Positions 47,655-64,000 of a stretch of 64,000 nucleotides of DNA are shown piece by piece. Position 1 is the stretch's first letter. Each line of letters opens with the position of its first letter. The notes beneath the pieces are model-generated. The model had not been told where the DNA came from. It did no database searches and saw nothing but the letters and a program-made list of their open reading frames with translations. Position numbers and translations under genes: made by a program. The stretch lies in assembly GCF_009914755.1 (NCBI RefSeq), contig NC_060934.1; one strand, given 5' to 3'. The DNA is from the human T2T-CHM13v2.0 reference genome, Homo sapiens.

Positions 47655-48102
47655 TAAATACTCTAAAATTTCCCACTTATATTTCTAATATGGTAAACAT
47701 TGATAGATATAACTCATGTAAAGCAAAGGTCTTTGAGGTCCTTAATAATTGTTAAGAGCGTGAAGCGGTACTGAAACAAGTCTGAAAACTGCAGCTCCAA
47801 GGATATGGAGCTGAGGTCAAGGCTGTGCTTGTTCAAGTGAGCCTTCAGGAATTACCTTATTCTTTGAGTTCCTGTTTGAACAAACGCTAAAAGTTGGAAG
47901 CTCAGCAGAGCCCAATGTCAGGCCTAGAGCACCAAGAACCACCAGCCACAGCCATCCTGAGAAAGGGCCTTATGAGCAGAATATTTTGTATTAGGCTCGG
48001 GTGTGAGGTTAGAAGACCTCGGGTGGGGGAAGTCAGTAGCACTTTTTCCTTCTTAGCTCAGCACATACCTCTTTCTTGAGATTCTGGTCTCAAAAATAGC
48101 TA

Positions 48103-48403
<301 letters not shown>

Positions 48404-48875
48404 AGCTAACCATATCAGTCCAGACTAGCAGACTAGTGGATTAAGGAAGCTGAGACGAACTGTTTCCCGTGCGCTTCCTCCTCTGGTTAACTCAAGAAAT
48501 ATCAAAACAGCCATCCCAACCAACAGAAATCTCTGCCTTTTTAACAGACTGGTAAATTCTTTAGGACCAGACTTAACACAAAAGTCACTTAAATCTTAAG
48601 AACTGGGGCAAGAAGTGCAGTCTCAGCTCTCCAATATTTTTTTGCGTGTTTAAGAGATGTGTGGCCAAGAGCTCACAAATACAGTGTCTAAGGTGAGTGG
48701 GCCACTATGGAGACTTTGCCCTTGAATCTGCGTGAAACGGCAAGGTTCTGAGCAAATGAGTGACAGGATCCACCCGAACCCACTCTGGGCTTTGGGTGGA
48801 GAAATGGAGAAAAGGTTTTAGGGGCAGGGGCAAGAGCAGAGAAGTCACTACAGTAAGCCACATGACAGATAATGA

Positions 48876-49298
<423 letters not shown>

Positions 49299-49559
49299 TA
49301 AAAGTATGCCTTGTATTGATGCCCTATATCCTTTACTAAGTGGCCCCACTCACGAATTACAGTCTTTTTACTTTCCTTTTTTTTTTTTTTTTTTAACATA
49401 GAGAGTATTTCCAGCATATACTAAACTGGAGGAAAGAGTATAATACTACAAGGAAACTTCTTGAACTTCTTACCTACCTTCAATTTATGGCCAGTCTTAC
49501 TTTATCTGCAACTGCCCCACCTCCCCATCCCAGCTTATTATAAAGTCATTTTTAATCAG

Positions 49560-49907
<348 letters not shown>

Positions 49908-50411
49908 TAATACGTGAAAGAAGTAACTCACCTAGAATCTTAATGCCCATTACTGATATGAATTGAACTGTTTTTATTTGAACATTCACACTCATACAGA
50001 TATGAATTAACAGTACATGGACAATATAGAGTTGTACATGAAAATTAACTTATTCTCTTGTTACAAAATTAGGATTATCCTGATGACACGATTTTGTAAA
50101 CTTTTGCCACCATATATTAACAATGTCCGTGGAGAAGAAGAATAAATGCCTACTGCTGCACAGTTTAGGCTGTTTCTAGTATTTCAGGATATTAGAATAT
50201 TATCATGAACAGCTACATATATAAATTTAGTGAACATCTACTAACATGTACTAGCAAATGCCAAACATGCAATAATGTAAAGAAAAATGGACTCCCAGGT
50301 AACGCAAAATACAGCAACTGCTATAACCACTGATGCTGGCAAGACCAGGAAAAGTAGCTCCTTTGGATAGGATGACAGCTAGAAACATTAACTAGGGATT
50401 AAGACTGATAT

Positions 50412-50721
50412 TGGCAGGGTACGGTGGCTCACGCCTGTAATCCCAGCACTTTGGGAGGCTGAGGCGGGTGGATCACTTGAGGCCAGGAGATCAAGACCAG
50501 CCTGGACAACATGGCAAACGCCGTCTATACTAAAAATAGAAAAATTAGCCAGGTGTGGTAGCACATGCCTGTAATCCCAGCTGCCTGGGAGTCTGAGGCA
50601 CGAGAATCCCTTGAACCCAGTGGGGCAGAGGTTGCAGTGAGCCAAAGATCGCACCACTGCACTCCAGCCTGGGTGACAGAGACAGAGAGAGACACTGTCT
50701 CAAAAAAAAAAATTAAATAAA
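50412..50721 (+). mobile_element. AluS
   Basis: Dimeric Alu with polyA. Confidence 0.94.
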
Positions 50722-50724
50722 GAC

Positions 50725-51403
50725 AGTAATACTGATGATCCTGACCCTGTGTAGGCCTAGGCTAAAGTGTGTGTTTGTGTCTTAGTTTTACATTTTAAAA
50801 AATTTTTTTAATAAAAGAAAATATATTTGTACACTATAAAATGTGCTTGTGTTTGAAGCTGTGTTATTACAAAAGAGTCAAAAGTTAAAAACCATTTATA
50901 AGTTTATCAGGCAAAAAAGTTAAGCTAAGCTTTGTTTATTACTGAAGAAAAAACACTTTTTAAATGAACATAGTGTAGCCTAGACATAGTGCTTATAACG
51001 TCTACAGTAGTGAGTGTACAGTCATGCCCTAGGCCTTCACATTCACTCACCACCCACTCACTGACTCACCCAGAGCAACTTCCAGTCCAGACACATGTAA
51101 CGTGTCCCATGCAGGTGGACCATGTTTAATCTTTTTTACCATATTTTTACTATACTTTTTCTATGTTTACAGATGTTTAGATATACAAATACCATTATGT
51201 TCCAGTTGCCTACAGTATTCAGGACAGTAACCTGCTGCACAGGTTTGTAGCCTAGGAGCAACGGGCTATACCATATAACCTAGGTGTGTAGTAGGCTGTG
51301 TTATCTACATTTGTGTAAGTGCAGTCTGCGATGTTCACACAATGACGAAATCACCTAATGACACATTTCTCAGAACATATCCCTGTTAAGTGATGCATAG
51401 TTG
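50725..51403 (+). mobile_element. Tigger3b-like fossil (partial)
   Basis: ctgaccctgtgtaggcctaggctaa...cattcactcaccacccactcactgactcacccagagcaacttccag; shares its 3' part with the element at 7719. Confidence 0.85.
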
Positions 51404-51589
51404 TCGATATATGTAGGATTCCCCTACACCAGGGGAAATAAACAATAGAAAATACAACAGAAGAAAAAATGGCATTCACAGTAGAAACAGAAGCTGAACT
51501 AGGGTCTCTTACTGTAACAAAGAAGACAAGATCATTACGGAAAAAAAAAAAAAATCTGACCTCCATTGAATAAAACATTAATACCACTG

Positions 51590-51766
51590 ATAAGTGGTTT
51601 CCACTCGGGATATAGATCAGTGTCACCAGAGGAGATTTTAAAAAATACAATTGCTAGACTCCACTCTCTAGAGATTATAATTCAGTTCATCTGTGGTCAA
51701 TGGGACATATTTTTTTAAAAGCTACCTAGCAAATTCTAATATAAAGCCATGGTTGAAAACTACCAG
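51590..51766. mobile_element. MER5B-like hAT fossil
   Basis: agtggttt...tcacc...agatt.taattcagt...ttctaat...gccatggttgaaaactac. Confidence 0.55.
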
Positions 51767-53114
51767 TTTAAATATGTTTTTAAAATAACACAGGAGGGAG
51801 TCATTCTTCTAGATATCAAAATATATAAACAAGTTGTAGCAATAAAAATAAAAGCAAAATCCACTGTGAAATTAGAACAGAAACAGACAAATTGATCAGA
51901 ACAGAGCAGGGAGCCTAAAAAGGTGAGAGAGAGAGAATGTGTGTGTCTGTGTCTCTGTGTGCATATATACGAGTGTGTGGATCTTGACATATGATACAGG
52001 TAGCATCACAAACCACTAGGTTATTTAGTAAATGAGATTTGGGAAAATTCGTTTGCCATAGAAGAAAATACAGAAACATAACTTTGTTAACTAGGAATGG
52101 AGAAATATTTCCTACACAAGACCCAGAAGGTTAAAAAAAAAAAAAAAAGGTTGGATCATAACAAAATTAAAGATTCCGTTTAATGAAAGATTTCAAAGAA
52201 AAAATCTGACAGGTGAAAAACAAAAGATGCGTATACCATTTAAAATCCAACGAGAGACTGAAAAAAGAAGAAAACTGCTATAAATTAGGGCAGAAAAATG
52301 GGAAACAGATATGAAAAGCTAACAGAAAAAGAGGCAAAGGATATATAAATGGCGAACTCAACCGAGGAAAAACACACACAGTATACGATAGGATATTCCA
52401 CTGCATTAGTAATCAGATAGCTGCAAATAAGAACAATAACATATCACTTTGTGCTGGATTGCTCCATCTGTTGCATCAGATTGGAAAAAATTATAAGGTC
52501 AGAAAATGCCACATGCCAGCAAGAATGCAGGGAGCAACAGCTGGTGAAAGTGTCAATGAGATAACAATCTGGTCGTACTTAAGGGAATTATGCATATGCC
52601 AGAGAGAGGGTCCCCTGGGGGCAAGGAAGAACATGAATGGGGATAGGTGATGAAGGGGAAAGATACAATAAAATAAGGTGGGAGACTCTACACGGACCAA
52701 TCATGACAGTGTGCCATGAAGTGAGTGCTAACTCCAGTCCGAGCCCCTGAGCTGGGGAGGGAGCGGAGCGGGGCAGCTCCGCGTCACAGGTCCCTTCACC
52801 CAACCAGCAGGTATTCAGTCTCTACATACCAGGAACTGCATCCCATCCTAGCGACCGAGTAGCAAAAGATCAAGCCCTTACCCTCATAGGGTTTATGTCC
52901 TAGTGAAGGAAACAATAAAAAGGAAACAAATAAGATAATGATAAGAGAGTGTTAACAGCTAACAAGTAAGACAGTGATAGTGACAGAAAGTGATGGAAAG
53001 AGGGTTTCACTAATGAAAGGATAGCCAGAGGTGAGATCCCGCAGGTCTGCAGAAAGAAAATGAACCAGGCATTCAGCAAGCCGAGAGATGAGATCCCAAA
53101 GAATTGCGTTCAAG

Positions 53115-53409
<295 letters not shown>

Positions 53410-53839
53410 TCAAGGTCATCAAATACAAAGTTGTCATAGTACAGGCGACAGTGTGTTCTAAAGATGACTTTCAGGTACTTCCTGTCATTCAGCTCCCAGA
53501 AGCAACCTTCAAAATACCTGTTATATAAAATGTAAACTATAAGGGTTATTGTGAGAGTCCAACATACGGTGATTAAAGAATGCAAACTTTTTGAAGGGGA
53601 AGAGGGAGGAGGCAGCATCGATATGAATGTGCTATGCCTCTAAAAAATGTTTCTGGAAAATTACTAGGATCCACAAACTTTTCCTTCACTCCTTAAAAAG
53701 TAATTGAGTAATCATATTTTTTCCCCAGCACAGTGCCAGGAAATGAGGTTAAGTATTAAATTTTCTGTCTTTGCTTCAATTGTATAAGATGCAGGATCCT
53801 ATTTATTTTATATACGTACTGTTTTTATGGATAAAAGAA

Positions 53840-54045
53840 AACATTTATTGCATGCTTGCAATCTGCAAGGCCCTGTTCCCTGAGCTTCTACACATTGGAG
53901 CCCACTTACATTCACAACAAAATACTATATTATTTCCACTTTAGAGACGGAACAACAGAGGTTAAGAAACTTGCCTAAAGTCAAAGTACTAGAAAGCAGC
54001 AGAGCAGAGATTCAAACCCAGGTCTTTCAAAGTGTTAACCACTAC
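53840..54045 (-). mobile_element. MIR
   Basis: agaggttaagaaacttgcctaaagtca...gattcaaacccaggtct. Confidence 0.75.
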
Positions 54046-54062
54046 ACTTACGTTTCCCCCTA

Positions 54063-54242
54063 GAGTGGCTGGCCCCTGCAGTGGCTGTAGCACATGGCCT
54101 TAGAACTTATTAGAAATGCAAATCGCCAGGACCTCCCCTCCCAGACCGACTGATCAGAAATTCTGGGGCTGGAAGGCAGCTGCCTAAGGTTTCACAAGCC
54201 CTCCGTGTGATCCCAAGGTATGCTAAAGTTTGAGAACCACTG
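54063..54242. mobile_element. MER5A hAT element
   Basis: ttagaaatgcaaat...atcagaaattctgggg...caagccctcc...aaagtttgagaaccactg. Confidence 0.85.
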
Positions 54243-56168
54243 GTAGAAATTTTTCATACTAAGCATAATGTGAAAGGTGAAATTACTACCATTTTGAAAC
54301 TTCTAAAATATAAAATTTGTATCCTATTTAAAATGACTATGAAGAAACGAAAACAGTGTTAGTTCATTTCCTCACTGCTCAACTTCTTTCTCCCAAACTT
54401 GACAAAATGCCTAATCTCTTATCCTGATTATACTATGTACAAAAAGGGTACTCTGATGAGCGTTAGAGCACAGAGGTCTGAACTCACTCTTCAGAAGTAA
54501 TCAGAAGCCATAATAGGAAGAGAAAAAAACAATATTTTGAATATCAGCAGAAGCTTGATAAATCTTGGGCCATAACTCCAAATTTTGATCCCAGGCTCAA
54601 CTCCAAATTTTTACAACATGACTTCAACAGTCTTCCCAATGCCAAAAAAAGAAGTTACAACCCCGAGAAATATTTGATTAACAAGATTCAAACTGCTTTA
54701 AGTGCACATACAGAGAAACTGTCCAAGAGTGTGTTTTTATCAGGAGTGAAGCTAAGGGATGCCTAATTACACATCAGACCCTCTGACAATATTCACAGCA
54801 AAAGGGGTTAACGTTATCCCTGTCCCTGCACACACCTGCCGTGTACGGCATCCTACCTGATCCTTCTCTTTTCAAAGCTATATCTAGACCGGGAGACTTT
54901 TCTCCCCAACTCAAGTACTCAATTTGAGCAGTACAGCTCTATGTGTATTCAAGTTTGCCTATTTCTAATAAGGCCTTTTTTTGTTGTTAAAGGGATGGAA
55001 GAAAGAGTATGAGAAATAAGTATATTCAAGCACCTACCATAATCTGAAATCTTCCATAAGCCAAATAACTCTCTGAAGCTATTCACTCGCATACTCAAGT
55101 CATTAATTTTATAAATTTCAGGTTTCTACTTATTCCAAAAATTTAAAACATAAAATTGAAGATTAAGGAGTACTTAGTCCAAGCTTGGACCACAGGAGAG
55201 CTATAAACCTGTCTTAAAATGCTTAATGACCTGATTAAGGTCATCAAAGGTAAAGAAAACTCTAGGAAGCAGCCTTTTAATCTGCCTGGCTACTTACAAC
55301 CACCCACCTTTTCCATGCCCACGCTCTCCTAAGGGCTGAAGGCACTGCCAAGAATGACCTTCCTAGAAGGGCTGAATCCTATTTATTTTCTCTCTCCCAA
55401 ATCTCCACCAAATCCCCTAAGAACTGGCAGTGTTCTGGTAAGAAACAATTTACTATTGCTCTCCTCCCCACCCACAGTTCAGTGCAACTGAAGTGAACAC
55501 ACACACACCCCAACCACTGAAAGACTTTCTCACTTAGATTCCTATCCTGCATTTTCAAAGTCCAAAGTTGTCTTCAAAATATCTTGCAAAATGCAGTCGT
55601 ACCAGCTAGTCTTTAATCTCCACTAACATTGCCAGTTCTATACCCAAAATGGATATCGCAACTGCTATGTATTTTCATCTCCCTTCTCTAACAATCAGTA
55701 ACAAGCAACCCAATCAGTAATAAACAAGCCTGACAAATAGCTCCTAAATTCACAGAGAAAAGAATGGTCTCCTCTCTTTCATAAGTAAAGCAAGCTGATA
55801 ATGTTCTAGTAAATAGAAAGACTAAATGCCTCTTCAAGAAAAAAACATTTATATGCCTGGAAAAAACATCTTGGGTTTTTTTGTTTTTGTTTTTTTACTT
55901 AAGTATCTGTTCATAGTAGGTAGCAAATAATCTTTCCACACATATGCACTTTACCAGTTCTTTTAAAGACTCAGTAATCTAAGAAAGCAAAGCATAAGAC
56001 TATGCTGAAAGAGCTAAGCCGCAGTTTACATAAAATTTAAACAAAACACAAGACATTAAAAAAATTCAACTACTCATAAATAAAGACCAATAAATCTACA
56101 CTTTGGTCTGGGTTTCTGAACACAGGAAGAATCAGAGGGTTCAATAGGAGAGGTTATTTCTGAAATCG

Positions 56169-58783
<2,615 letters not shown>

Positions 58784-58856
58784 TCCTTCACTTTAAATTC
58801 AAAATGAAGGAATACCCTTTCCTTCCGAATGTATCTCATTTAACAAAATTCAAGAC

Positions 58857-59156
58857 TTTTTTTTTTTTTTTTTGAGACGGAGTCTCGCTCTGTGGCCCAG
58901 GCTGGAGTGCAGTGGCACGATCTCAGCTTACTGCAAGCTCTGCCTCTTGGGTTCAGGCCAATTCTCCTGCCTCAGCCTCCCGAGTAGCTGGGATTACAGG
59001 CGCCCACCACCACGCCCGGCTAATTTTTTCTATTTTTTAGTAGAGACAGGGTTTCACCGTGTTAGCCAGGATGGTCTCAATCTCCTGACCTTGTGATCCG
59101 CCCGCCTCGGCCTCCCAAAGTGCTGGGATTACAGGCGTGAGCCACCATGCCTGGCC
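58857..59156 (-). mobile_element. AluY
   Basis: ctgcaagctc, gtgttagccaggatgg; TSD aaaa(t/c)tcaagactt. Confidence 0.94.
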
Positions 59157-59295
59157 AAAACTCAAGACTTAAGTCATTCATTACAATTTTGTCTGAATTG
59201 CAATTAGGAGAGAAACAGCTGCAGTACCTTTGTATCTTTGTCAGTGAAATGTTTATAACAAGGAAAAACAAAAATCTGTTTGAAATCTCCAGTAA

Positions 59296-59321
59296 GCGCC
59301 CCCCAGTGCACCATCTAGTGG
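59296..59321 (-). promoter_or_regulatory. Candidate CTCF site (two overlapping motifs)
   Basis: Minus strand CCACTAGATGGTGC (59308-59321) and GCACTGGGGGGCGC (59296-59309). Confidence 0.6.
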
Positions 59322-59674
59322 AAGTCAGGTAGTGTCATAATTAATTTAAAGAAAAAAGTCACAGAAACTCTGAAAACCATTGGGGGAGGGGGAGAAGTCA
59401 AAGCTTCAGGTAAGAATACAAGCAAATACTTTACAAACAGCCAAAATATCTTTCCAGTGTCCCACAATGCAAGAGGGCTGGGCTTATGAGAATAAATGAT
59501 TCATTTTCTGTATAATCAACAGATGATAAAAGTTCCTTTATGGAAATTTTTGCTTGGGTGCTAGAAATTTTGACAGGAGAGTAAAAGTTAAATAAAGCCA
59601 CTAAAACATAAATAAGTAAATAAATGCTGGGCTAGAGTGACAGCCTTGTGTAAGAAGAGTTGCCTTATATGTTA

Positions 59675-60054
<380 letters not shown>

Positions 60055-61549
60055 GAGTTCCATTCAGTAATCCATAAGACATTTTCATGTTCCTGATAAC
60101 TAGTAAATTTAACAAAACCTAACGATTCTCTAGAATTCCCTAAGCCTTAACATCATACAAGCGGCTACTCCCAACTACCCATTTCAGCCTGTCCCACACT
60201 AATGCCCAAACTCCTTTGGTCAAGTTATTCTAATTAAGAAATTATTCTTCAATCCGTCTATAAATTTACAGTAAACACTTCCCGAAACAAAGTCATAAGT
60301 CATGATCAAAATGCATTACACTTCATTAGTATTTTCCTTCTGCATATCAATTATTTCTATTCAATTCAAAAAAAGGTACCGAAATTCAATGCTGAGCTAG
60401 AGATGCAAACACAAATAAGGTTCTCTAATTTGGAAAGCTTCCCAAAATTTAAAATAGAGATTTTCACACAGCATTCCTAACTTTTGTTTGTTTTGCCTGT
60501 GTGGAAAATTACCTTTCACCTGAAATTCAAACTAGCTAAGCAACCTGAATGGAAAGAAAAACCTCGCAGATAATATTTCTTTACTTGAAAATAACCATCT
60601 CCACCTCTGACCTGTGTATACGGGATCAAATTGGTATGCAGAAGTTGGCTTGATGGCGGGAATCTTACCCAGATTTTGGATTAAATCCATTATAGGTATA
60701 AAATAAAGTAGGAGTAAAGTGGGGCAGGATTCCTTTCATTTCTAGGGCTTTCAGTTGACATACCTGTAAAATGGACATGCTATGCACAGCCTGCCTCAGA
60801 AGAGTAGGAGGATGGCATACTATATAATTGATAGAGTGCTATGAGCTTCACGATTAAATGGAAATACTGTTTTTATAGAACCAGAGTGAACCTGAGCATA
60901 GAAAACTCTCCAAGGGCCATCGCTGTGACATTACCGCTAAAACTCAGTGACCTTCATCAATTCACTTGTAAACAAGCAATATATTGAGCAAGTCAAAGGA
61001 AAGGCAGCAACAATTCAAGATACTTCTTTATAAGTAAATCAAATTACGTAATTAATAGCCCAGGATTTACCTGCAAACTATTACTGCCTGACTAGCAGGT
61101 GCATCCCCAAAGCCTCGAGTACAGAGACTGTTTTTAGAGAGCCCCCCCTTTTTTAAATGTGAATATTGCTTTTAAAAATTAGAAAAAGAAAAAAATCACA
61201 ATTCTACTCCCACCCATGGCACAGTGACAGAAACAAGGTCCCACCCCCACAATCCTTTCAAACCTGCACAGGCATTCCTCACGAACACTCCTCCCCCTCA
61301 TTCCTACCTCACCGCTCCCCACTTCAGCCCAGACAAAGCTGAGTTACTCGGCTGGGTCTACCTGTCACTTAAGAAAAAGCCCCCAAATAGATTCACGCTA
61401 AATGCTGCTTTTAATTTTTTAAATAGCAAATAAGTAAATAAATAATGCTATCGTGTAGATTACACGGCCAAACGCCTGTTCTCAGAAAACATGTAATTAA
61501 CACGACCCAAGTGAAGACGCCTTTCTGGCTTAGGGAAAGAAAAAAAAGA

Positions 61550-62550
61550 AGCCAGCCAGCTTATCGCTCCCTTTCAGTCGGTTCTTTTCCCCGGGGAGCC
61601 GGACTCTGACTCAACTCCGCAGTTTTTCCTCCACCTGTCGGTTCTCCCCGCTCTGGGTCTGCCCCGCCGCCGCCCCCGCCCGGAGTCCCGCGCGTCAACA
61701 GGGGTCTCCAGGGGTCCTCAGGGTCCCGCCCGAGGCGGCCCCGCCCCTGCCCCGGCCCCGCCCCCACCTCCTCACAAGGTGCCCGCCGCGGGCTCCCAGG
61801 CTGAGGCGCCTAGAGGCCGGCAGGAGGCTCCGGAGGACCGCGGCACCGCTCGGCCCGGTCGCCGGCGCAGGGAGCAGCTTCGGGGGCCGACCCCACCGCC
61901 CGAGCCTAGCCCTGGGCTCCGACAGGCGCTCCCCAGAGGCGCCCCATTACCTGCTCTGGGCTGCCGCGGTCCGCGGGCAGGAGGCGCACTCGCTCTGGCC
62001 CCTGCAGCCCCGGGCCCGGAGGCAAGGAGGCAGCGACCGCCACCGCCGCAGAGGACAATCGGGAGCCAGCGGGCTCGGCACCGCCGCGGCGGGCGCAGAA
62101 CGCACGAGCCCAGTGGGAGCCCGGCCCCCGCCTCCAGCCCGGCTAGTAACCAACACGGCCCCCACCCTCGGAGGGGCGGGACCGCGGTTGGAGGGGCGGG
62201 GCGGGGCTGCACCGCCCGCGGGTAAGAGGGGCCTGCTGATAGGCTGCGAAGGCGATAGGCGTCTCAGACTTGAAGACGCCTCTCCAGCAGAACTCCCTCA
62301 TTGGTCGGCAAGAGAAAACAAAGCTGGGCTCTGATTGGTGACAGCTCTGTAGCTCCTCCTCATACCCGCAGTCCCCGCAAGTTCCACCCCTGCCCGCCCG
62401 GTTCGCTCGCCCTTGGTTCCCACTCCCAGGTGGCTGCAGACTGGAGTGTGTTTCATGGACGAGCAACCTCCCTGAGGAGAACCCCGGATACGCAGGTTCA
62501 TTCGCCAGATGCGAGTTTTCTTAAGCCGCTGCGATTCTCTGATTTCAGTA
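61550..62550. promoter_or_regulatory. CpG island promoter of the minus-strand gene
   Basis: Abrupt GC- and CpG-dense block in an AT-rich, CpG-depleted background. GC boxes GGGGCGGG at ~62172-62206; CCAAT boxes (ATTGG on +) at 62300-62304 and 62334-62338. Confidence 0.93.
61951..62150 (-). other. MPP7: Non-coding first (5'UTR) exon, probably MPP7; TSS approximate
   Basis: Donor CAG|GTAATG at 61951/61950, no ATG in the exon, just downstream of GC/CCAAT boxes. Gene name comes from recall of the 5'UTR (...gcggcagcccagagcag) and a ~64 kb first intron; not verified by search. Confidence 0.6.
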
Positions 62551-64000
62551 TGAACTTGGTGAATAACGTAATCTTTAACTTCCTTTGGATTCAGACAAGT
62601 CTCCTAGGTTTAAAAATGCTGCATAAGATTGAGAGGGATATTGTTATGCACGAAAAAAGACATAAGGTGTTTTCACCTTTGGCGACACTGTAGGTGACTT
62701 TTTCTTATTACCTTTTTGTGTTCCATATTGAACATGTACTACATGATTAGAAAAAAAAATTCTTAAATAGAAAAATGAGTAGGGTGCGGAGAATGGTAAA
62801 GACAAACTTTAAGGAAATCCAGAGAACTGATTCTTTCACAATAGAAGAAAATACAGTAAACATGCTTAATATCTGAGGGCTACCCCGAAAAAACATGAAC
62901 TGGTATCAGCGCCCTTCAGCTCTCTTAAAGAACTTTACATATGTGACCGAGGTGCCCCCATACTCCTTCCTATCATGTAACCAACACATAATGTGGACAG
63001 CACTACACTGCAAACAGAATTACAGGAAGACTCTTATAGGAAGAATTAGAATCCAAAGTACACAATCAATAAAGCTTTAGAAAAAGGGGTAGTAAAAAGC
63101 AGAAGACAAAAAAAAATCAGGTAATATAAATTGGAAAGCTCAGCTGATGGAGGGAATCATCAGAAAAAAAATAATGTGACAACACTTCAAGATGTGATAG
63201 AGACTTTGAATGGAAAGCTGAAGGGAGAGGAAGGGGATTGAGATAAGGATCAATGACCTGCAGTTAATATGAGCTCTCAGAACACATCCCCCAGAACTGG
63301 TGTCAGCCTAGAAGGCAAGAAGCATTTCTCACCTAGGGACCACTCTCACTTAACTCTCTCTAGCTGCCTTAACATTCTGTTTGTTCTTGTCATTCTCGCA
63401 AAGTTCTAAAACAGGCTATTTGAAATTAAGCACTTCCCCCCAGCAACTCCGTGAATTACGTAATAGTGAAAAATGGAGATAGACAAAAAGCAAACCTGAG
63501 GAAGGAAAGGAATGTTAAGGTAAACATAAACTTAAAGAGAAGTAAGGGCAAAACACCTGATAGAAAGAAGACAAGAAATTCTTTTTTCTCTCTTACTTCC
63601 TGAGAATAAAGTAAAGGTCTTTGGAGGACAGAATAACCTTATTGCCTAACAAAAAGAGTTTTTACCAAACCTTTCTAATAATAACTGTAATTCTAAACTG
63701 TAGTCTAAAAATACGTGTCCTAAAGTAAGTACTTTGAGCAAATAGTTTTGAGATCTAATATTTTTACATTGTGTAAGGAAAAGAAGAGGAACTTAGCCTA
63801 GTATGAACAAACTGTAGGGAATACCCTTCAAAAGTTTCTTCTACAATAACACCTGAAATTCCATCACTAACATTCTTTCACTGGGATTAAATAATGTATG
63901 TCTAAGATTATTCTTTTATTCATTTACTCATCAAACGTAATCAATATTAATCATCAAATACTAGATACTGCAATGAACGAGGCTTTCTACTAAGCACTCA

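Noticed and set aside
54573-54612. 13-bp direct repeat aactccaaatttt
   Set aside because: Short and AT-rich with only two copies; no array or inserted element.
61561-62693. Long G/P/R/A-rich ORFs on both strands at the CpG island
   Set aside because: GC-rich DNA is poor in stop codons; mostly non-ATG starts, no domain, and the minus-strand frames run through the splice donor.

Overview
Primate (human-like) genomic DNA with no supportable protein-coding exon. A CpG-island promoter at ~61.55-62.55 kb drives a minus-strand gene. Its ATG-free first exon (~62150->61951, donor CAG|GTAATG) opens an intron that runs off the window start (>61 kb). From memory the exon resembles the MPP7 5'UTR; this is unverified. 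The intron holds ~48 Alu/FLAM elements, a young 5'-truncated L1PA2-type insertion with TSD, a near-full-length decayed Tigger1, two Charlie1-type hAT fossils, other DNA-transposon fossils, a MaLR LTR and old L1M/L2/MIR fragments. Most ORF-track entries are repeat-derived or chance ORFs. I found no new gene system. The most striking signals are template-switch/fold-back scars: a 166-bp ungapped inverted copy at 46.5-47.0 kb, an 18-bp copy from 1.5 kb away folded into a palindrome inside an AluY, and two intra-Alu micro-inversions. Also notable are a perfect 42-bp tandem duplication, an overlapping double CTCF-like motif, and candidate cryptic exons, a recursive splice site and internal promoters. 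Repeat subfamily calls come from recalled consensus sequences, and most boundaries are approximate.
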